From Spirochaetia bacterium (GTDB taxonomy: Bacteria > Spirochaetota > Spirochaetia > SZUA-6 > Bin103), in assembly GCA_965198005.1 (NCBI GenBank), contig CBDAOI010000004.1, forward strand, positions 448,001 through 512,000: a DNA stretch of 64,000 nt. The letters run 5' to 3'. Shown piece after piece: positions 60,843 through 64,000 of the stretch. The notes under the pieces were generated by a model. That model was not told where the DNA came from. It searched no databases and saw nothing but the letters and a program-made list of their open reading frames with translations. Every line of letters starts with the position of its first letter. The first letter of the stretch is position 1. The position numbers and the translations under genes are program-made.

Positions 60843-61964
60843 CTACTTCCTGGCGGGCTCGATCGCGCCGAGCTCGATCAGCGAGTCGCCCGTAGCCTGG
60901 AGAGTGTCCAACGCGGGATGGGTCTTCAGTCCCAGTTCGCGAATGGCCTTGGTGCACTTGCTGTGCCAGAAGTCCGGCGTGGCCGGCGGCTGCCAGTCGC
61001 CGCACACGGCGACGTCGGGATACAGCTCGCTGAGCGCATCGCGCATCTGCTGCGCCGTGAGCTCCCCGGACTCGTCGGTGGCGCCCAGTATGTATCTGGA
61101 TCCATTCTTGGCGACGTTGCTGGTTGCCATGAGGCGCTGCGCCTGGCCGATGTCGCGCACGTCGATGACGTTCCACAGGAAACCCGGCGCGGCACCCTCG
61201 ATAGCCTGCCCGAAGGCGAGGCCGATATTTGGGGGTTCGCTTTGCCCCGACAGCGCCTGGCCGATTCTTTTCTGCCACACGTTGTTCTGCGTCCTGCTGA
61301 GGATGGGACCCAGTACGTGGCTGGGCATGTTCGAGACCACGTCGATGCCGGTCTCTTCGCCCCAGGCATAGCCATGCTTCTCGGCGTCCACCTTGCCCTT
61401 GGCGTAGGCTGCCTTTGCGACGTTCCACAGCCGCTCATCTGAACCGTGGCCACCCCAGTCGTCCTCGGTGAACTCGTGGCCGCTGGGGTCGCTTCCACCC
61501 TGCCACCCGGACCACACGGCCGCGCACGACGAGGTGTACATGACCCGCTTTACGCTGCCGGCCGCTCGGCACGAGGCCAGGACGCCCTTGGTCCCGTCCA
61601 TGATCGCGTCATAGGTCTGTTGGTTGCTGCCCTCTCCGTACGCGGGATCGGTACGCAGATCAGCGGCGACGTGGAACACGGCCGAGCAACCGGCGCACAC
61701 CTCGTCGTAGGCGCCGTTGGTGGCCTGCAACAGGTCGGCCTCGAAAACCTCCACGCTTCCCGCCGCACCGAGATCGTTCATGGCGCGCAGGAACTCCGTC
61801 TTGTCTTTCCGACTCGCGTCGCGGACGCTGGCGCGAACTGCGTAGCCCGCTTCGACCAGGTTCTTGACGACGTGCGATCCGATGTAGCCCGAGGCGCCGG
61901 TGACGGCGACGGGACCGTCTGAGGGTCCAGTGATTGGTGGCATAGTTGGAAGATTATCGCCCAT
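60843..61964 (-). CDS. NAD-dependent epimerase/dehydratase (extended SDR)
   Basis: VAVTGASGYIG, YTSS, YAKGK, IDVRD; distant paralog of 16667-17725. Confidence 0.9.
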   Translation of the reverse strand: MGDNLPTMPPITGPSDGPVAVTGASGYIGSHVVKNLVEAGYAVRASVRDASRKDKTEFLRAMNDLGAAGSVEVFEADLLQATNGAYDEVCAGCSAVFHVAADLRTDPAYGEGSNQQTYDAIMDGTKGVLASCRAAGSVKRVMYTSSCAAVWSGWQGGSDPSGHEFTEDDWGGHGSDERLWNVAKAAYAKGKVDAEKHGYAWGEETGIDVVSNMPSHVLGPILSRTQNNVWQKRIGQALSGQSEPPNIGLAFGQAIEGAAPGFLWNVIDVRDIGQAQRLMATSNVAKNGSRYILGATDESGELTAQQMRDALSELYPDVAVCGDWQPPATPDFWHSKCTKAIRELGLKTHPALDTLQATGDSLIELGAIEPARK

Positions 61965-61996
61965 GCCGTCGCTGAAGTCAATTGGTGCCACGCACC

Positions 61997-62338
61997 ATGA
62001 TCACCCTCGACACCCGCGTCGCCGTGTGGTGGACCCAGACGCCCGAGCATCTCAGCCCGACGGCGGCACAGACCATTCGCGGCGCGGACCGAATCCTGGT
62101 TCCCGCGATCGTGTTCTGGGAGGTCGCGCTGCTGGTACGCAAGGAGCGCCTGAGATTGAACAACGACCAGCCGGTGGCGGCCTGGGCGCAGCAGGCGCTG
62201 GCAATCCCGCGCGTGCAGGAAGCGTCCCTCACCCACCGGCTCGCGGTCGCCGCCGATGCGGCCGCCATGCACGCCGATCCCGCGGACCGGCATCCACCGC
62301 TCCGTCGTTCCGTCCGCGATTCGGTGTGCGTGCTATAG
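61997..62338 (+). pseudogene. VapC/PIN toxin, 3'-truncated, no antitoxin
   Basis: MITLDT.VAVWW, IVFWEV, HADPADR then unrelated sequence. Confidence 0.75.
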
Positions 62339-62346
62339 TCGCAGCC

Positions 62347-63906
62347 ATGTCACTGATCAAGCGCCAACTGGAGGAAGTGTGGAGTTCGCTCCGTGCTGCC
62401 GCAAACCGGCGCCGGAGCGTGCTGCAAGCCGTCCGCATCAGAAATCTGCGCGGCATCGGCGACCTGCGCGTGCCGTTCTCCTATCCGGTCAGTGTGCTCG
62501 CGGGGCCCAATCGGTGCGGCAAGTCGACCGTCCTCTTCGCCTCTGCCTGCGCCTACCGTGTACCCGACCGACCGCGTGACTTCAGCCCCGGTGTCTTGTT
62601 TCCCAACTTCGCGGGCCGTTCGTCCGGAGAGTTCTCGGACCTCGTGCCACCGACCGAGCTGGAGTTCGAGTATCTGCATCAGGGCGACCACGTCGCCATG
62701 GCGTGGCGGCGGGGCAAGTCATGGAACCGGAGCTATCTGGGACGCACGAACGCCAGCCAGCCGGAACGTGCGCTCTATCTGCGGACCCTGGCGAATCTTA
62801 CGAATCAGTCCGAGGTGCGCGGCATCCTGCAGTTGGCGCGCAAGGAGTTCGAAGCTACCGAGATTACCCCCGACTTGCTCCTCTTTGCGGACCGCATTCT
62901 CGGGAGTCACTATCGCAAACTGTCGGTCATCCAAGCCGGAGCACGAGACCTGCTGTTTGCCGACGGTCGTTCCGGTGGGCAACCGAATTACTCCGAGTTC
63001 CACATGTCATCCGGGGAGCGCGCCATACTGCGTCTGTCTAAAGACCTGTCACAGATCCAGGGCGCGTTGGTGCTCATCGACGAGGTGGAAGTCGGACTGC
63101 ATCCCTATACGCAGCAGCAAACCATGCTGGAGCTCCAGCGTCTTGCGCTGCGCCGGGAACTGCAAATCGTGGTCGCCACGCACAGCCCGGTAGTGCTCGA
63201 CAGTGTGCCGGAAGAGGCTCGATTGTTCCTGGACCGCGATGACGTCACGGCGGAGGTACGGCTCGTTCCCCCGTACCGCGACATTCTCCAGAAGGCGCTC
63301 TACGGTCAGTCACGCGATCGACTCTCCATACTGTGTGAAGACGCGATTGCCGAGGCGCTGATTCATGGTGTTCTCGACGTGCTCAACCCTCAAGTCGGGA
63401 TGCGCCATGACGATTTTGTGATCGGGCGGGATACTGGTCAGGATGAGTTTCCGGGCCATGTTCGTACCATGGGGAAGTTCAACAAGCTGCGCGACTTCCT
63501 GGTAGTGCTCGACGGGGATGGGCGGCATCGGGCAGGCGGGATTCGGGAGATTGCTTCCCGGTTCGGCCACAGCATGCAGCCCTTGTTTCTCCCCGGCGAA
63601 GGACCGCCGGAGGGCTGGATTTGGGACACGCTGCAGGCACAAGGTGCGGAGTACGCCGAGGTCCTGGGAATCTCTGCCACCGACCTGCCTGCCGAGATGC
63701 GGCGGATCGAACAGCTCCTGGCGGGGAGCGTACGACAGCGCGACCGCGTGAAGGCTGCCTTGAGAGCACTCGGCGATAGTCTGAACCGATCCGCGACGGA
63801 GCTGGCGCGGACCGTTGCGCAACAGGAAACCGCCGCGGGACGTTCCCCGATGACCCGCTTCCAGATCGAGCTGCGTGAGCAGATCGAGGCCTGGAGGCGC
63901 CGCTGA
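62347..63906 (+). CDS. ABC-type (AAA_21/OLD-like) ATPase with TOPRIM-like C-terminal domain
   Basis: GPNRCGKST, MSSGE, LIDEVEVGLHP, ATHSP; ILCED and VLDGD. Confidence 0.8.
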   Translation: MSLIKRQLEEVWSSLRAAANRRRSVLQAVRIRNLRGIGDLRVPFSYPVSVLAGPNRCGKSTVLFASACAYRVPDRPRDFSPGVLFPNFAGRSSGEFSDLVPPTELEFEYLHQGDHVAMAWRRGKSWNRSYLGRTNASQPERALYLRTLANLTNQSEVRGILQLARKEFEATEITPDLLLFADRILGSHYRKLSVIQAGARDLLFADGRSGGQPNYSEFHMSSGERAILRLSKDLSQIQGALVLIDEVEVGLHPYTQQQTMLELQRLALRRELQIVVATHSPVVLDSVPEEARLFLDRDDVTAEVRLVPPYRDILQKALYGQSRDRLSILCEDAIAEALIHGVLDVLNPQVGMRHDDFVIGRDTGQDEFPGHVRTMGKFNKLRDFLVVLDGDGRHRAGGIREIASRFGHSMQPLFLPGEGPPEGWIWDTLQAQGAEYAEVLGISATDLPAEMRRIEQLLAGSVRQRDRVKAALRALGDSLNRSATELARTVAQQETAAGRSPMTRFQIELREQIEAWRRR

Positions 63907-64000
63907 ACCGAGGCGTCGCTGAGCTTTCCGGGGTTCGGGCGCAACGAGTGCCCGCAGCCGAGATGGTAGTCGCGAAGCTGATCCGCCATGCCAGCGCTAG

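Overview
High-GC bacterial chromosome segment. 16S signatures and a tRNA-Ala-only spacer suggest Spirochaetota (inference). The window has three zones. (1) About 1-24.4 kb is an accessory mosaic. A few intact genes (two ~90% identical AAA-ATPase/PD-(D/E)XK paralogs, a third ATPase-nuclease, SDRs, GNAT, VOC, an epimerase, TA genes) sit among more than 20 abutting gene fragments: TA halves, peptide-ABC pieces, transposase and Rpn pieces, and the 5' end of a group II intron. Several fragments are 28-186 bp copies of genes elsewhere in this window, all in direct orientation, and many genes carry internal deletions. (2) About 24.4-60.7 kb is mostly intact core and metabolic DNA: a MacAB-TolC-like exporter operon, a tandem two-domain CDP-alcohol phosphotransferase, a complete rrn operon (16S-tRNA-Ala-23S-5S), an amidohydrolase pair plus Rieske ferredoxin resembling AibH1H2G-type dimetal monooxygenases, a radical SAM protein with non-canonical Cys spacing, queF-yhhQ, uppS, a BrxA/B protein, system II cytochrome c biogenesis genes, tatCBA, and panB-panC-coaX-coaBC with a probable pan RNA motif. 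(3) About 60.8-64 kb holds an epimerase paralog, a truncated PIN toxin and an OLD-like ATPase-TOPRIM gene. All calls come from motif recognition by eye; no database searches were run.
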